DNA from: Fistulifera solaris
Taxonomy: Eukaryota
DNA length: 64,000 nucleotides
Direction: 5' to 3'
Assembly: GCA_030295235.1 (NCBI GenBank)
Contig: AP026157.1
Location: 62,001 to 126,000 of the forward strand
Shown here: one piece after another, positions 61,404-64,000 of the stretch
How the letters are laid out: every line of letters starts with the position of its first letter
Position numbering within the stretch: position 1 is the stretch's first letter
Notes under the pieces: model-generated
Told to the model about the DNA's origin: nothing
Databases searched by the model: none
What the model saw: the letters and a program-made list of their open reading frames with translations, nothing else
Program-made: the position numbers and the translations under genes

Positions 61404-62380
61404 ATGCCGGTGCGCACGACATCATTAATGCGCGGACGCGTCAATGCTGTCACCAATGATGTGTACGCATCGCCGACGAAAACGCGCAAGGCCGTCGTCG
61501 TGAAGGCGAGTAGCGTTCGTACGTTACGGACATTCTCGTCGTCCCTGTCGACATCTCCTGCGCCGTCCATGGAAGAATTCTTGGGATACGAAGCGAATTT
61601 GTTTCCGCCGCAACAAGAATATACAGCCTGTATCGAATTGTGGCATTCACTACAAGAAGAGGAACGAGACCAATTGACCGACCTGCAAATGATGGTCCGG
61701 TTTTATCGCGCCACCAAAGGTCATGCGACATTACAACAATTGCGACTCGCGTTACAATGGCGTCGTGACTTCCAAGTCGACGCCTTGTGTCGAATGCAGG
61801 ATCCCTTTGCGCAAATTTTAAGAAAAGAAAATGCCACGGGCAAGATCTATGTGCGAGGGTATGACAAACAAGGCCGGGCTTTAGTCTACATGCGTCCGGC
61901 GCGCGAAAATACCCAGAATGAACACGATCAAATGCGGCACCTTGTGTACAACTTGGAAAAAGCGATTGCGTGTACGCGCCGCGAATCCGCTCGGAGAGGA
62001 AAGTTACTGGAAAAAATCATACTACTGATTGACTACGAAGGCTGGTCGTTATCGAATGCCCCACCCATGTCGACCACGAAAGCCACCTTGCACATATTGC
62101 AACACATGTATCCGGAACGCATGTACCGGGCCTTTTGTTTGCATCCCCCTTTGATTTTTCGGGCGTTTTGGAATATGGTCCGGCCGTTTATTGATCCGGT
62201 CACCAAGGAAAAAATTGTCTTTGTCACGGCAGGGAAAACACAACAGCAATTGTGGTCCTTAATGACCGATCATCAGCAAGATTTGAAACGGGCGCGGGTG
62301 GGACCTTGTCACCACAGGATTTTGATTCCGCACAGTATTTGCAATTGCCATTGGAGGAAGCCTTTCCGACGCGAAAGTAA
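61404..62380 (+). CDS. CRAL-TRIO (Sec14-like) lipid-binding protein
   Basis: RFYRATK..LQWRR, GYDKQGRALVYMRP, LVYNLE, IDYEG, ILQHMYPERM, FWNMVRPFIDPVTKEKIVF. The true end is probably DFDSAQYL..TRK* after an indel at ~62290. Confidence 0.9.
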
Positions 62381-62418
62381 GTTAGTAGTAAATGTATGTT
62401 ATTATTTGTAATGTTTTT

Positions 62419-63129
62419 TTATAATTGCGCGGCCGCTGCCGCATCGACGATCCACGTGACACTTTGTTGAGGCGTCACGGCACCACAGGGGAACGGAGCC
62501 GGATCTCTCATGGTGACCGTCGCCGTTCGTATACCGCCATCACTGTCGTCCAATTGTACGTTCTGAAAGATTTGTGACAAGACGGGTGCTTTGGCCGAGC
62601 CGGCTCCGACAAAGATGACGTGTTGCGTTGCTTGCAGTGCTTTCAATGTCAAGGTAATGCGGTGCGGTGGGGGTTTGGGGGAATCTACAATGGCATCGAC
62701 TTGTTGCGAAGAATGCAACAAAGCGTGCTGCGGAAATAACGAGCAGGTGTGTCCATCTTCTCCAAATCCCAAGACGGCCAAATCCAAGCCTGCATGTGGA
62801 AGTTGTTGTTGTTCATAATCGCGAGCACACGCGTGGGGATCTTCCAACAAATGTTCATTGATGCCATGAATGCGTTCGGCAGGAATGTGTTGCAAACACG
62901 CCCGCAAAGCCCCGAGATTCGAATCGGGATGCGTCGATGGAACACAGCGTTCATCGGCCAAATAAATATGCCATTGCCATTCCGGACGTAAGCTTAATAA
63001 AGAAGGAAGCGAACCACCCGAGAGAGCGACATGTTCGATGGATCGTTTCTCCAACTCTTGCGTGAGACATGAGGCAATTTCTTGTTTCGTAGGAACAACG
63101 AACAGTGTGGCGGTACGAGGCGATGCCAT
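62419..63129 (-). CDS. pgl: 6-phosphogluconolactonase
   Basis: VALSGGSLP, YLADERCVP..HPDSN, DLAVLGFGEDGHTCSLFP, DSPKPPPHRITLTL and W.VD.AAA motifs; probable start MASPRT at 63129. Confidence 0.93.
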   Translation of the reverse strand: MASPRTATLFVVPTKQEIASCLTQELEKRSIEHVALSGGSLPSLLSLRPEWQWHIYLADERCVPSTHPDSNLGALRACLQHIPAERIHGINEHLLEDPHACARDYEQQQLPHAGLDLAVLGFGEDGHTCSLFPQHALLHSSQQVDAIVDSPKPPPHRITLTLKALQATQHVIFVGAGSAKAPVLSQIFQNVQLDDSDGGIRTATVTMRDPAPFPCGAVTPQQSVTWIVDAAAAAQL

Positions 63130-64000
63130 AGTCAATACTGTTGATAAAGCAGCTTCAATGAACGATAGGATAGGAAAGAAAGCAAGTAGAGCAACAACAG
63201 CAAACGATACTCGTATAGACTGCGAAGAGTTTCGATCGAAAAAGACGCGCGAGTTTTTTTTGGAGTGTTGGTTGCATCCCTCATTCGTTCGTGACCACAC
63301 TTCATTCAAGGGTTTGACGTCATCAATAACAGTCACGCAACGGTGGTACACTGTTGTATGGCAATGGACAACGTTCAACGTCCATTTCACACGGATCAAG
63401 TGAACAACAAACAACAAACACGTATTCTCTTCTTGGCAAGAGGCAAGATTTCTGACTTTGTACTCCGCAAAGCCGTAAGTTGAGTCCTACTGGAATTAGA
63501 AGCGATCCAAGATTCCCGGTCGAATGAATCATCTTGCCCTAAATAAGCCCTCTTTAGTGTGATGACGTGTTCATCTCCACAGGATGAAAACTTTATAGAA
63601 ACGTCTATCATTGGCCTTTTCCTACAAGAAATGGAAAATTCAGTCAAATGTCGAAAAAGCATCTGCATTTCAGGAAAATTAGGAATAAATATGATACTAA
63701 ACAAATAATGATACTCCCATTCATTCCATTCAACCGTTACAAACGATACACAGTTCGTCATCACGGCAAGAATGTGTGACAGGAGAAGCTTACGTGAGCG
63801 CAACAAGCAAGAACGAACCAAGATAGAATGATCAAAGCCAACAGATCCAAAATATCCAAAAGATGAGCTCACAAAATCAAATCTTGTGCCAAAATCAAAC
63901 ACACACCAGCATAACAGACACGAACATAACACCGTCATGACTTTCAACTCCAAGATCTCGTTCTTCGTTGCCTTGGCCATTTTGGCCATGTCGCAGGCCC

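Noticed and set aside
63396..63989. 197-aa minus-strand ORF
   Set aside because: The composition does not look like a real protein, there is no motif, and it lies at the window edge overlapping the pgl upstream region.

Overview
Eukaryotic, most likely pennate-diatom nuclear DNA. Evidence: short GT-AG introns, a C-terminal DDEL ER-retention signal and compact genes; it looks Fistulifera-like, but I cannot prove the species. Bases ~300-43,700 are a head-to-tail array of about 23 copies or fragments of one intronless, uncharacterised ~500-aa gene family, all on the minus strand. The family has a distinctive N-terminal region (PTYxLLRxP...AIWRENxTLTYV...AETAAFF), a degenerate RNI/LRR-like middle and C-terminal part (CxFEDxGTAFVxALxxRxSxFGSL, LxxLDL, HxxLRxLK, LNRFYRGS...FQRSALLL) and a basic, NLS-like tail. 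Copies are very divergent, cluster into local subfamilies, and include fusions, internal deletions and dead fragments. Inside the array are three satellite blocks: a 34/68-bp palindromic minisatellite and two distantly related ~230-bp satellites in opposite orientation, flanked by Helitron-like terminal signatures. One small secreted Cys-rich gene sits on the opposite strand. Bases ~44,000-64,000 hold a GT14-like glycosyltransferase, pyridoxal kinase, a membrane-anchored cytochrome-b5-domain protein, a second tandem family of 5 TPR-like secretory proteins (plus a remnant) with diverging C-terminal sorting signals, a CRAL-TRIO protein and 6-phosphogluconolactonase. Many frameshifts, including in ordinary single-copy genes, sit in homopolymer runs and are probably sequencing or assembly errors.
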